64,000 nt of DNA from Nageia nagi. Lineage: Eukaryota; Plantae; Pinophyta. The position numbers were made by a program, and so were the translations under genes. Below the pieces are notes generated by a model, which had not been told where the DNA came from, searched no databases, and saw nothing but the letters and a program-made list of their open reading frames with translations. The stretch covers positions 15,004,001-15,068,000 of the forward strand of contig JBITNC010000002.1 in NCBI GenBank assembly GCA_050084985.1, written 5' to 3'. This document shows, one piece after another, positions 40,330 to 53,800 of this stretch (within the stretch, counting starts at the first letter, position 1; the number at the start of each line of letters is the position of its first letter).

Positions 40330-40900
40330 TATTATAATTACAAGCCTACTTCCACGACTCCTTCCACTCGTAACTAATGGTGGAGATTCCACATAGCAGA
40401 GGGAAGCAAGCAGCAACCATCGTCTCCATCTTTAAAATTTCCTTCTGTCTCTTATTCCTCTCCCAACATCTGGCCAACTTTTTTCCCGAATTTCAATACC
40501 AATATCTTTCGAGTTCTGTTCCCCAGATATGTTGTAGAGATGCCCCTTTGGCATATGTGATATTGTTTCCCGTTGTTGCTAGGAAGATTCCATGGAAAGT
40601 TGGTAGAGCTACAAGCGTTAGAAAAACCATAAGAATTCTGAAGGATTCTAAACTGTCTCCTGAAGCTATAATAATTCTATAACAGCCCAAGCTGTCAAAT
40701 GTCTAAAAATTGAACCAGCTGGTGCAGGTTTGGACTCATAACGGTGGTGAAGCTTTAATGTCAGGTATCACTTCCATCCAAGACACAGACTTCGTTATCA
40801 ACATAGATTCTAAGTACATATTGAGGAGTCAATGGAGCAAGCGTGGAGATGGAAGAATTTAGGATGCTGCCATGCTGGTGTACAACATTCCTCTTGCTCA
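40330..40900 (+). pseudogene. Truncated copy C of the membrane-protein gene (leader plus first ~20 codons)
   Basis: Colinear with the A and B leaders. ATG at 40832 gives MEQAWRWKNLG, then a 7-bp insertion shifts the frame. Breaks off at ~40900, directly into the upstream region of B. Confidence 0.85.
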
Positions 40901-40992
40901 AAGTTGCTGCCACACAACACTATTTTAAGTTTTTAACGATTGCAAACCAGTGTGGAAAGTATTCTCGATCTCGAGTAAAGAAAAAAACACAT

Positions 40993-41035
40993 TGGTTGGC
41001 ATCCACCATTCAACTCATTTTATAACCCCATTTCC
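40993..41035 (+). promoter_or_regulatory. Putative core promoter (TATA-like) of copy B
   Basis: 41-bp block identical to the one upstream of copy A. Confidence 0.45.
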
Positions 41036-41575
41036 ACACGCCACAATCCCTCCATTAATAACCAATGTCGGAGATTCCACATCAATTCAGAAGACATTAA
41101 CAGAGCAGAGGGGAGAAGCAACCAACCATCATCTCCACATTTAAAATTTCCTTGTGTCTCTTGTCTCTCCTCCAAGATCTGGCCAGATCATTTCCCGAAT
41201 TTCAATACCAATATCTTTCGAGCTCAGTCCCCTATCGCACATGCATCCACCTCCGGATATGTTGCAGATATGCTCCCTTTAACATATGATATTGATTTCC
41301 ATCGTTGCTAGGAAGATTCCATGGAAAGTTGGTAGAGCCACAAGCGCCCAAAAAGCCATAAGAATTCTAGATTTCATGAGGATTCTAAATGGTCTCCTGA
41401 AGTTATATTAAATACTACAAGAGCTCAAGCTGTCAACTGTGACACTGTCTACAAATTGAACCTCCTGGTGCAGGTTTGGAGTCATAACAGAGGTAAAGCT
41501 ATAATATCAGGTTTCAGTCCAATCCAAGACATAGACTTCGTGAGCAACATAGATTCCAAGAAGATGGTGAGGATA

Positions 41576-42070
41576 ATGGAGCAAGTGTGGAGATCGAAGA
41601 ATTTGGGATGGTGGTGTACAATATTCCTCTTGCTCATGTTTCAGATCACTGTTTCTCCGTGCTGTGCAACTTCTTCTTCTTCAGTGCCATTGCAAAGTAT
41701 TCCTGATATCATGAGACGTCGGTTGCTGCTTGAGGCTTCTGCAGCCGGACCATCTTCCAATGTCATGCTTGTTGGCCATGGTATTGATGTAAAATCTGCA
41801 CAGGAGTCTGAGATAAAGAATGCGGTGTTCCACGAAAAGGGAGACAAAATTACTGAAAGAAAAGAAGCAAAACGGCGTCATAGAATGAAGATAGAATCTG
41901 CAGCAGTGGGCGGCATTATTATTGGAGGTCTGTCAAGTACAGTTGTGATGACAATTATCTGCTATGTTCGTGTGACGAGAGAACATCCTCTTCTTCCTCC
42001 TCCAACTAATATCTCTTCTCTGTCTCTCTCTTCTGTTTCAACGACTGCTTCTTCTAGTCCATTAGTATAG
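41576..42070 (+). CDS. Uncharacterised type-I membrane protein, copy B (164 aa from MEQVW)
   Basis: Intact ORF, ~80% amino-acid identity to copy A with the same architecture. A TCG>TAG change stops it 5 codons early, with the A-type stop still present downstream. Alternative in-frame ATG at 41564. Confidence 0.75.
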   Translation: MEQVWRSKNLGWWCTIFLLLMFQITVSPCCATSSSSVPLQSIPDIMRRRLLLEASAAGPSSNVMLVGHGIDVKSAQESEIKNAVFHEKGDKITERKEAKRRHRMKIESAAVGGIIIGGLSSTVVMTIICYVRVTREHPLLPPPTNISSLSLSSVSTTASSSPLV

Positions 42071-44244
42071 TTCAGTAATTCATAGTGAAGCTCATAAAGC
42101 ACAGTTCCATACTGAATCTTAATACTTAAAAAAAAAAAAAAAGACATACAACTGCAGTCAAATGCTCATGCATGTAAATAAGCTGTGGGGAAAATAAGCA
42201 AAATGTTGCCTCTGTTCAGAAAAAGCAATGTTTAGTTTAACGTAGTCAGCCATCCAAAATCATAGGACGCCACAATAATTGTGAGCAAATCGAGCATCTA
42301 AATGAAGAATCAATATATTATTTGAGTCAAGGCTGTTTGATATGATGTGTATGAATTGAATCAAACTTTCTCTTTTCAGCTTGTAGAGAGTTTCCACAGA
42401 CATTACGAGCAGGCCAACGTCATCTGGATTCTTCCAGGTGGTGTGCACAATGCCATGATCCGTTTCTGTTTTTATATGTCAAAGCTGATAGTTTATGTAC
42501 TGGAATACTGTATGTTCTATTAATATTAGCTGCTCCATTAATATTAACTTCACTAATGAGAAACAAAGCAGGCGATTTGCATTAATATTAGTTGTTCCTT
42601 TGAATGGTGAAGACATGGACGTATATTGTATTGAGCTAGGCAATTTTCCAGCTATATATTTTGCAAAGATACGAGGATACACTTCGATAATGATTGCAGC
42701 AATAATTTTGATATATAATGTTTGACAATAATTGAAGATACATGTAAGATTTTATGTAGTAAAATAATAAGAATGAAGAATAGAAGATTTTAAATTAATG
42801 AAAATATTTTTATATTTCATTTAAAAATTTTTGAATTATATTTTTTAAATAATTTATTATTTAAAAAGTTAAAATTTTATTTTAATAATTAATAATATTA
42901 TATCGAATTAATATAGGGTGAAGGGAATTACCAAGAGAATTAATTATTGAATAAAAGTAATTCATAATTTATCATGAGAATTTATTGTAAATCTATATTC
43001 TTGTTTATTTGTGGACAAATTTTCATAGATTTTGCAAATCAATTGATTTAAATTAAAAAATATATATTAAAAGATACTAAATATGGTGGGCTTTCCATAA
43101 TTGTCATATATATTGTTCTAGCTCATCCATTCAAGCTATCTTTATTTTTTTTATTGAAATGTTTAATTAAAGTAACCAAATAATTTTTTATGATAGACTT
43201 CATTTATACTATTTTTATATTATGCAAGATTATGAAATATTACAAGAAGTCAACAAATTTTCAACAATATAATTTTACATCAATTTATATATAAATGTGG
43301 ATGAAATAATCTCAAATGATTTTTAATTATATAAACATGCATACACACTCAAAAACCTATCAATTACAATAACCGCATTTAATAAACAATGAGAGAAATA
43401 GTGCATATTTTATTTCTATTTTAAATCATGCTTCTCAAGAAATTCTAAATATTTAATTAAATCCCAACCATTTCTTTCTAAATGTTTGATAGAACAAGAA
43501 ATTCAAAAAAATCAAACATGTGTACAACATTTGAAAAAATGCAATATGATTACAAACTCCTTAATTTTTAACATAAATTTTGTAAACTTTTCCAAATTTA
43601 ACTATAATGATTCCCCTTTTATTAATAATTAAATATTCCTTTATATATTTTATGTGTAAACCGTCTTTAAAATCCTTCTTATTTACTATATTTTATTATA
43701 TTAGCTTCAACTTTAATTGCATTCTATAAATTTTTCATAATTTTCAACATATTAAAATACTTATCATTACTATTGTATGATTATTTCCAATTGGATGAAT
43801 GAAATTTTTGAAACCGAACATACTTACCTAACATACTTTAAAGAACTTTTCTTAACCATAAACTATGATGTAATCCTTTGCACTAAATTTATTTTTTGCA
43901 TCTTCAAAAGTGACAATTTATCACCATTAAAGATGTTTTTAAAGGTAGCATGTTATTATTATTATTATTACTATGAATGTTTCCAAAGGATGATAATTCT
44001 TTTTCAATTTCAGTTGAAAAATTTATCAACAACAGAATTTCTATTTCACTTTTAACTTTTAAATAAACAAAAATTAAAAACAAAATTCGAATTCATGTAA
44101 CTTGTGTAAATGAAACAATTAATTTAATGATATACTGAATTCTAATTACAAACCTCTAAAAAATAGACCCTCAAGTTAATTGAGATTTAAAATTATTTAG
44201 GGCAAGTATGTAGCAAGATCAAGATCTAATCTCCATTACAAGCA

Positions 44245-47200
44245 TGAAAAGATGGAACTAAAATGTTTTTCTATATCTCTGTTGAATAAATACAACATAT
44301 AAATAGGAAATTACAAGAAGATGATGACACTGTTGATCCCTATAAAATAGCAAAAAGATACAGAATATACAAAGTTACAACAGTCAAGGTGAGTTGTACT
44401 ACTATAAAAAAATGGAAATAGCCAAGTAATATGTGAGAAATTGAACAAAGTAATAATGAATTATAATACTCCCCTTCAAGTTGGTGTGTGTAAGAAAAGA
44501 ACAACCAACTTGTGTTGAAGATACTCAAACTATTCTTTACCAAGAAGCTTAGTGAAGATATCTGCACGTTGATTATCAATTCTCAGGTATTGAGTTTGAA
44601 TTATTGCTGCTTGAAGTTTTTCACGAATGACATGACAATCCAACTCAATATGCTTTGTCCACTCATGAAATACAGGGTTGGAAGCAATGTGTAAAGCAGC
44701 TTGGTTGTCACAAAAGAGATTCATGGGTTGTGGATGTGCAATCCCCGAATCATGGAAAAGCATTTTAAGCCAAATGACTTCCCAAGTCATGGCCGCCATA
44801 GCATGATATTCGGCTTTGGTAGATGAGCATGAAACGGTTGACTGTTTCTTTGTGTACCAAGAGATGGGGCTATTACCAAGAAATGTGCAATATCCAATGA
44901 TAGAACATCGAGTTGTAGGACAACTAGCCCAGTCAAAGTCCAAGTAGCCAGAAAGATGGAAATTGTTGGATGATAGCATAAGTATTCCCTTCCCTAGACT
45001 AGATTTGAGATATCAAAGAATGCGAATAGCTGCATCTATGTGTGGTTACCGCAGTGTTTGCATGAACTGACTAAGAACATTAACAAAAAAGGTGATCTTT
45101 GGTCTTGTGATGGTCAAGTAAATAAGGCACCCAACAAGTCGTCGATAGGGACTGGCATCTGAAAGAAGAACTCCATCATCGGCTCTGAGCTTCAAATTTT
45201 GGTCCATGGAAAACATAACAGGTTTTGCTCCTAGTAGACCGAGTTCTTCTAATATATCTAGAGTATACTCTCATTGGGAAAGAAAGATACCTTGCTTGGA
45301 CTGAGCAACTTCATACCTAAAAAATATTGAAGCCAAGATCTTTGATTTTGAATTTGCTATGTAAAAACTGTTTAATGGAAACAATAGTGGTAGAATCATT
45401 CCTGGTGAGTATTATATCGTCAACATAAACTAGCACGATGGTAATTCGATCTTTGACTTTGAGAGTGAACATCGAGTAGTCTGCCTTAGATTGTTGAAAG
45501 CCAACTTGGAGAAGAGATGTGGACAACTTGGAAAACCAATTACAGGAACTGATGTATTGCGAGTGGAAGGTGGGGGGATGGCAGAAGATGGCTCAATGGT
45601 AGTTAGCATAGGTGGCTCGTTGGTAGAAGGCAGCTCATTGGTAGAAGATGAATCACCTCTCGTGATTGCCTTATCGGTGATTGGTGAATGGGAATAATTA
45701 ATATCCTCAATAATAGGGCTGGGTGTTGATGGGTGTAAATCTGGATTTACCATGTATTTTTTTGGTAAGGAATGGAAATTCATTCTCGTAGAAGATAACA
45801 TCTCTACTAACAAGAAACTTTCTCTCATCCATTTCATAAACTCTACAACCTTTCTACCCATAAGGGTAACCCGTAAAAAAGCATGTACGAGCACAAGGAG
45901 CAAACTTATCATTGGTTTTGGTGTGAGCATAACACAAGCAACCGAACACACATAGGTGCTGATAGGTTGGTTTGGTTTGAAATAAGGTTTCATGAGGAGA
46001 TTTGCCTTGGATTATGGGTGTGGGAAGATGATTTATCAAATGAGTAGCAGCTAAAAGGCATTCTCCCCAAAAAAATAACTTGTAAGCCAGCTTAAAAACA
46101 GAGGGCTCGGGCTTTTTTTAAGCAAGTCTCTGTGCTTGCGTTCAACCACCCCATTCTATTGAGGTGTGTTCACACATGTTCTTTGGTGTAAAATACCTTT
46201 CTCATTCAGAAAATGGTGCATCTAATGAGAGAGGAATTTTATCCCATCGTCAGTTCTCAAGGTTTTAACGGTCAAGTTAAATTGGTTTTGAACCATGGCA
46301 TAAAAATGTTTGATATAGGAGTATGTTTCACTCTTGAATTTCATCAAAAAGGTCCATGTGCAGCAGCTAAAGTCATCCACAATAGTTAAAAAATATCGTG
46401 CTCCTGTGTGTGTTGGTGTTGAGTATGCTCCCCATATATCACAATGAATTAGTTCAAAAGGAAAAGAGCTTTTATTAGAACTAAGAGGAAATGGGTCCCT
46501 TGTTTTCTTGGCTACAGGACAAACTTCACAAGGAGTACTTTTATTTTCTGAATAAGAGACGGAAAGGTCTTGAGATAATTCTTCCAAACATTGGTCTGAA
46601 GGATGTCCAAGCCGGTTATGCCAGAATCGGAAAGAAGAAACTTGATTGCAATGACTCTTTATTTCCAGATCCTTGTAGAAGTAGAGCCCATTTCGTTCCT
46701 CACCCAGTCCAATCACCTTCTTCATTTCTAGGTCCTGAAACACACAAAAGTTGGGAAAGAAAATAACAGCACAGTTATGGGTTTTGGTTAGTTTGCTTAT
46801 AGAAAGTAAATTCAAATCAAAAGATGGAACACATAAGACATCTTTGAGTTGAAGTGAAGGTGCAAGAGAACATTCTCCTTTATTAGAAACATAGATAACT
46901 TCACCGTTGGGAAAGCGGATAGATTGAGTTTGGTGTAAAGGATTTCGGATGGATAACAGGTTCGGAGAAGATGCCATATGATCATATGCTTCTGTATCGA
47001 CGATCCATGATGATGACATAGAGGATAAAGAGGCACAAGATATTGCCATACCTGCTAGATGTGCTGAAGAAAGGCCGTGCTCAATGTTCAATAAAGACAT
47101 GAGTTGTGAGTGCTGCTTCGGAGAGAGTTGAACAAAGATCATGCTCTCAGCTGGTTCAGATGATTTTTTGTTGGTGCTCGAGATGGAATTTGCAATTGCT

Positions 47201-48403
47201 CCATTGTTACAAGTGGGTTGTCCTCCATGAAGTTTGCGGCATTGATCTCGGGTGTGATCGAAATATCCACAGTGGTCACAACATGGCATATCTTTTCCAC
47301 GTCCACCATCGTAGCCTTTGAAGTGATTGCCATAGCCTCCATCGAATCGTCCTCATCCCTGACCAAATCCATTGGTATTGGGAACAGCCATTGTAACTCC
47401 TCCTAACGGCAGTGTGGAACGTTGATGAACATTTCTTTGCTTCTCAACTTGGAGGATTAACGCATATGCTTTACTCAAAGTGGGTAATGGATCCATAGTT
47501 GGAATCTGGCTTCTCACAGTAGAAAAGGGGTCATTTAGACCCATTAAGAACTGAAACACATGCTCATTCTGTTTCAGTTGAGATATTTCTTTAACTGAAC
47601 CATAAGAGCATTTCGAAGGGGAGGTTAAAAAATATAACTCATCCCAATAACATTTGAGAGTAGTATAGTAAGACAAAACTGAGAGCTGTTCCTGTACATG
47701 ATTAGAAATGTCATGGGTGATGCGATAAATTTGAGCAGCATTACATTGTGAAAATTGTTCTTGAAGGTCCTCCCATGCTTCCTGCGCAGTGTCGAAGTAA
47801 ATGACACTATTGGTGAGGCCTTTACAGATAGCATTCCAGATCCATGATAGCTCTCTTCTGGTTTGGTGATGGTTCCATCAATAAAACCAAGTTTGTTCTT
47901 AGCATTGAGAGCTATTCTCATGGCTCTCTTCCATTTGAGAGACCAACATCATTCCTGGATTATCCAAATGATGAAGGTAGAAGGGAGAAGGAGATTCAAG
48001 CACTCCTTCATGGCTTGCAACAAAATCATTTTGCGTGATGTTGTTGTTGTCAGTGGCACTCTTGTTCGAGGTCATGGCAAAAGAGCAACAGGTGATTGAT
48101 GCAGAGAAATCGTAGAAAAAAAAAAAAAAAAAAAAAGCAAAAAGCAAAGATTGATTTATCTAAACCTCTCTGATACTATGAAAAGATGAAACTAAAATGT
48201 TTTTATATATCTCTGTTGAATAAATACAACATATAAATTGAAAATTACTAGGGGATTATGAAATTGTTGATCCCTGGAAAATAGCAAAGAGATACAGAAT
48301 ATAGAGAGTTACAACAGCCAAGGTGAGCTGTAATACTATACAGAAAATGGAAACAGCCAAGTAATATGTCAGAGATTGAGCAAAGTAATAATGAACTGTA
48401 ATA
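44245..48403 (-). mobile_element. Ty1/Copia element (Ale/Retrofit-like) with ~225-bp LTRs and an internal deletion in RT
   Basis: LTRs at 44245-44468 and 48179-48403. TSD AAGCA at 44240-44244 and 48404-48408. Mutated Met PBS at ~48167-48178; PPT at 44469. gag SPFYLHHLDNPG and VFQFLMGLND; protease WIVDT; WHNRLGHPS; integrase LIHCDIWG; RT LVYVDDIIL; RNase H CDNQAALHIASNPVFHE. Confidence 0.95.
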
Positions 48404-50822
48404 AAGCATCTTTGAATTTATTTAGATTGAACGTTTACACAGACAACCCCAAGGAAGTTGTTGGAGAGGATATACCAATAGTTAAACATACTGTAAAAGT
48501 TTCCTTGTGAGTGAACCAGATATCCATGTTTTCATATACAATTGCGCTTGCATTTTGATACTTCGCTTCAGCATGTAAATGAAAATTATTGCAAGAACAA
48601 CAGAGATAAAAATAACAGCAAGAAAACCGCTCTAGTCACCTTCAATGTGTGTATGTTTTAAATCCCACCGCCAGGATGATTTTATCAATACGCCCCATTG
48701 CAAGGGAGACCTTTGTGAGGAGCGGAATAGCGACCGTAGCGGGAGGAGACTCTTCCATATCCCATTCATTTGACAGAGTGCGATTGATCGCCTGATACAT
48801 TTTTCGACTTCCTCGCAGATAATATCATTAGAGAAGATGTCCCAAAGTTTGGTTGAGGAAGAAAAGAGTTCTGCAAATAAGCCGCTGGATTTTCTTCTTG
48901 TTTGAGGACAATCATGACAAACTTTCCGTCCTATTTTTCAAATTTGAAATTTAAATATTTACCACCATTCTATGATGTGATAGGTTTCCATCAGATGGGT
49001 GATGGCCGACGATGAAAAGCGGAAGTGGATCACCATTAACGGACATGAATGTAGTCAACTACAACTCACAAGTTGTTTAACTCTAGCGTGTATAATGTCC
49101 AAAGTAAATTTGAATAGGCGTTCTCTAGCTAAGAGACAGAACGCACCCTCTTACGTGTCTCACGAATTTTGATATATTTTTGCATTTTTCAATCGGTTTT
49201 TTTATCTCAGTATAATTCTTTTTTTGAAGTTTTTTTTTATAAGAAGATTTGTGAAGTTAACAAGTAAGAATAGTTTTAAGAATATACTTTATGTTCACGA
49301 TGTTAATATGTACAAAAAAACTTTCTATAAAAAATTAAGTTTCAAAATATAGATTCGTAAAGATTCTCAAAATAATGTTTCAACATTCAAACTCAAATTG
49401 TTCAGTTCAAAGTCCAACATTCTAACCATTCCATTAAGTAAGATACCTTTTAGATTTTTTAATTTATCTTTCAATTAACATATTCATGAAGTTATTATTG
49501 CATATTAACTTCACGAATATGCTTCAAATGTTGAAGAAAAAATTTGTCGAGAAAAAGTTTCAACTTATCAAAATCTATTAGATGTATTAGGGGTGATGAG
49601 TTTTCTAGCTAGACAAATGTAATTTGAATATCAATATTTACACATTAAAGATGTCAAATCAATTTATTTTATATGATATCAAAACTTTTATTAGTTGAAC
49701 ATAGTAGAGTATTTCCTTAAATATTATGAAAAAATTTCATGATGGTGGTATAAAATGATGAATGTGAAATTAAAAATAAAAATAAAAAAATTCAATTGAT
49801 AGATGCACTTATCAATCTTATGTTATGGAAAGTGTGTATAATCAAGGTAAATATTCACCACCATTGCACATCATCATTCAAGGAAAAATATGAATATGAA
49901 AATCATATTTTATTAGTACAATTTGTTGAACAATTAAAGATGATTTAACTTCATAACATTGCACACCTTCATTATTTACATTGCATTCAACATTAATGCA
50001 TTAATAGTTCATATAACACTTTGAATTTCCATTGTTGATTTCAATAAATTACAAGGAATAAAAATAATAAGTTTTCAAGAAGAGATGATATACAAGATAT
50101 GTGTTAATTCGTGAGATGAGTATTATAGAGTAGAAAATGTTGTATCATATATATTCATGTCTCCATGAAGCATTTTCAAAAATACAAATATAAGTTTATA
50201 AGGAAGATCTATAATTTTCATAGGAGATTAAGTGTATTTGCATTAAATTATGGATAAACCATCATATGCAAGTGATAGACATGCAACATTACTATGGAAA
50301 TAATTTTCAACTATTATTATTATGGATAGGGTATTTAGATAAATAGATGAACTTGAGGGGCAAAAAATATTTTTTCAACTTCTCATAAATTTTAATTGAT
50401 GACTACAATTTAATTGTCAAGACACTTATGAGACAATATCTTTATTAATGTTGAAAGAGAATTAAAAAAATGATAACTTTTAACCCATCAAAGAGATCAA
50501 TCCAAATCTGGTTCTCCAACTAGATCAGTCTAATGCATGTTAAAAGTGACCCCTAGATGTAAAAGTATAAACTTATGCTAAACACTCAAACGTGTTAAAG
50601 GAGAGTCCTATTGATAATGCAATAAGAATAATAATCTGATATGTAATAGTAATTGAATAGTAAATGATGATATATAGACTAGTGGATCAAGATTTAAGTA
50701 ATACACTATTGAGAAAGGGATCAAGAGAGATAAATACCTATCATTTTACCTAAATGATCGAATGTATATGCAAATAGAGACTTGTTGCTATAAGTGAGAT
50801 TTTAGAATAAAACCTTTAGATT

Positions 50823-53800
50823 TGATTCGTAAACCTAGATGGACATAGACTTAAGAAAAATTAGGACCACTCATACTTAGACTCCAATTGCTTGCAAAGA
50901 ATTCTCTAACAAAAATATGGTTGAGAAATTTGAATATATTGCATGAGAAGAGAAAATCAACAATTTAGGAAAGAAAAATATCAAGTAGGAAATAATTCAC
51001 TAAAATATTCTTCTTGACTATTAATGAAGAAGAAATAATATTTCACTTCAAGAAATCTCACACAATTTTCTCTCTAAGAAGATGTTTTGCAAATGGCTAA
51101 CAAAAGAGGCTTTCAAATTCCCTTACAATTTTCTCATACATTGCCCATCCAATTTTTCCCATGGCTCAAATGAGCTCCTTAGGGTAATCTTTATAGGCTT
51201 CATTTTCTTTACAACATACATTTTTCCTTTGGTAGGTGCTTACCATCTATCACAATTTTTCTTATTTATTTTGGACTCTTCTAGCTTCTAAAATGTGAAA
51301 AATACCTTATCTCAAAAAATCCAAAGAATTAAAAATTAGTTGACCAAATACCTAACAACTATATATAGGGTGAAGTAAATGGAAATGTGCCAAGTCTTAA
51401 GTTTGTTGCGAAGTTTGAAAAGTCAACACATCAAAATATGTACCTATGGGGTGCCTTCATGTATTTTTTGTGTGATTAAATGCTTAGTAGATTATGCAAC
51501 ATGTATTAAATAGTTAGTAGGTGAGATGAAGTTGGAGGCTCCTATGTAATAATTTTATGCCCACTTTTTTGGCCATCTCCCATCTCCTCACGTGCTTAAT
51601 AGGGGTTCGTGTAATCTATTTGGGGATCATGCATTTTAAGATAGGGAAAAGCTATTTTTGAAGCCTATCAAATGGCGATCAATCCCTCTTCTAGGCAAGT
51701 CCCATGGCTCATATTCCACACACTCCTAATTGTTGTTTTCAACCACTTCTCTATTTTCCAATGCATTATCCTAGGTGTGCCTCCTTCGGGCATAGTTCTC
51801 AATACCTTCACATGGTTATTAGTTGATGTGGTTGTCCACTCAAATATTAATGTGGCATGAGATGGTTCCCACCTTATTTTGGATGGTGATAAAAAAAATT
51901 TAAATACCCCTTATATTTTTAGTTTTTTTACTTTTTCATTATTTTTTTCAACTTCGAAGGATGATATCTTTCTCATATAGTAATGGCTTTGGGTGTCATT
52001 TTCATCGTTGGAAAAAAGAAGAGCATTACAAGTATATGAAGAGATTACAAATTTTTTAGGATCAATTTTCAGATCACTCCTCCCTACTTAGGGAGATTTT
52101 CATCCCATAAAATCCTAGAGAAAAAGAATATGAGGATCCATCATCCTCAATGAGGTATCAATCCAATCTTGATACATCCGTGGATGATATGCTTGAAAAT
52201 TCTTTAGTTGATATGCTTGAGAAAAAAATGGTTGAGATGCTTTAGGGATCCATTGCAAACAATTTTTCATAAATTCTTTTGGTAAGTAAGGTTCTCCTTG
52301 ACCTCATACTTCTATCTTTATAAAAGAATATTCACCTGAAATTCTAGAATACATTATGTTATCGTGCCATCTCTTGTGTTGAGTTGAAGACTTTTTATTT
52401 TTTATCTTCTTCATGTAAGATTGCTTTGTCTCTTGATATTTCAATATTACAAGTATTAGATTACGAGAAGCATTGATTATCGATTTTGTTTATCCCACTA
52501 TTCCAAGAAGCACATAATCTTTTCTTATGTGAGATTTTACAAGATAATATTTCTCATATTTAATAAGAAGATATTTATTCTCTTTTCTATAAGAAATAAC
52601 TTTTCTATCGAAGACATAAAGACTTCCTAACATTATGCCATAAATGTCAAGAGTACATCTAACTCAACTTCATCAATGAAATCTGTATTAATGGAAAACC
52701 TTTAACTTGCATTGTCAAATGCTTTGCATCTCTGTATTCTCATTTACCCAACCAAGTGGGTATGTCCATGGATGAGGATGAACCTTCAAGTCTAGCTTAT
52801 GCACCTTGGAACTTGTCTGTAATGAGATTTTCTTGGGAACCAAGATCATAAAGTATGCTATTCCTTATCTTTTTGGTTTGGACCTTAACATGGAAAAGTT
52901 GAATTCTCTTCTTTTTCTCATCATTTGAAGAGAACTTTTAACAGTCATGAAAGAATTCTTCTTTATCACTTCATCATCACCATCCCTTTGGGTGATTGGG
53001 ATCTTATTATTTTGGGTGGATTCCAACCAAAGTTTCTTTAGCTTGATGCAAATATCAATAATTATCTTGATGATGACCTGTATTCTTACAATGAAAATGC
53101 TCCTCTTTCTTATTTCTAGACTTCTTCTTGGAAGGAATTTTGCATTTAACTTATCCTTCATATTGGAAGGAAATTTTAGCTTATCCTTGGAATCTTCTTA
53201 TTGTTGTTCACCCTCCATGGGAACACAATGAGATATAGGAGGAACATTGTGAGGATAAGGAGTTGAAGTTGTACATTTTTCTTCACCAACATTGGAATGA
53301 GTCTTTGGTCATGTTTATGCTCTTAGCTCTTCTATTTCTTGAGATAATTCTCTAAATATATTCTCCAATTGAGAAACTCTCCCTTGAAGCTCTCTAATTG
53401 GAATTCTTTTGGCATTGATGGTGGCACCTTGAAATTCCTTCAACCTATTACAAAAATAACATTTTTTTCAACGGGAGAAAATGAAGTAATATTCCAACTC
53501 AATCAATTGGATTTGATACCAATAACGTGATGTGTAAACCTATATGGGCATAGGTATTAAAAATTAGTACCACTCACACTTGGACTCCAAGTGCTTGCAA
53601 AGAATTCTCAAATGAAAATATAGTTAAGAAATTTAAAGATATTACATGAGAAGAGAAAAATTACAATTTAGGAAAGACAAAAATCAAGTAAGAAAACTTC
53701 AACAAAATATTCTTTCTTGACTATTGAAGAAGAAGAAGTAAGATTTCACTTCGATAAACCTCTTGCAGTTTTCTCTATAAGAATATGTTTTCCAAATAGA

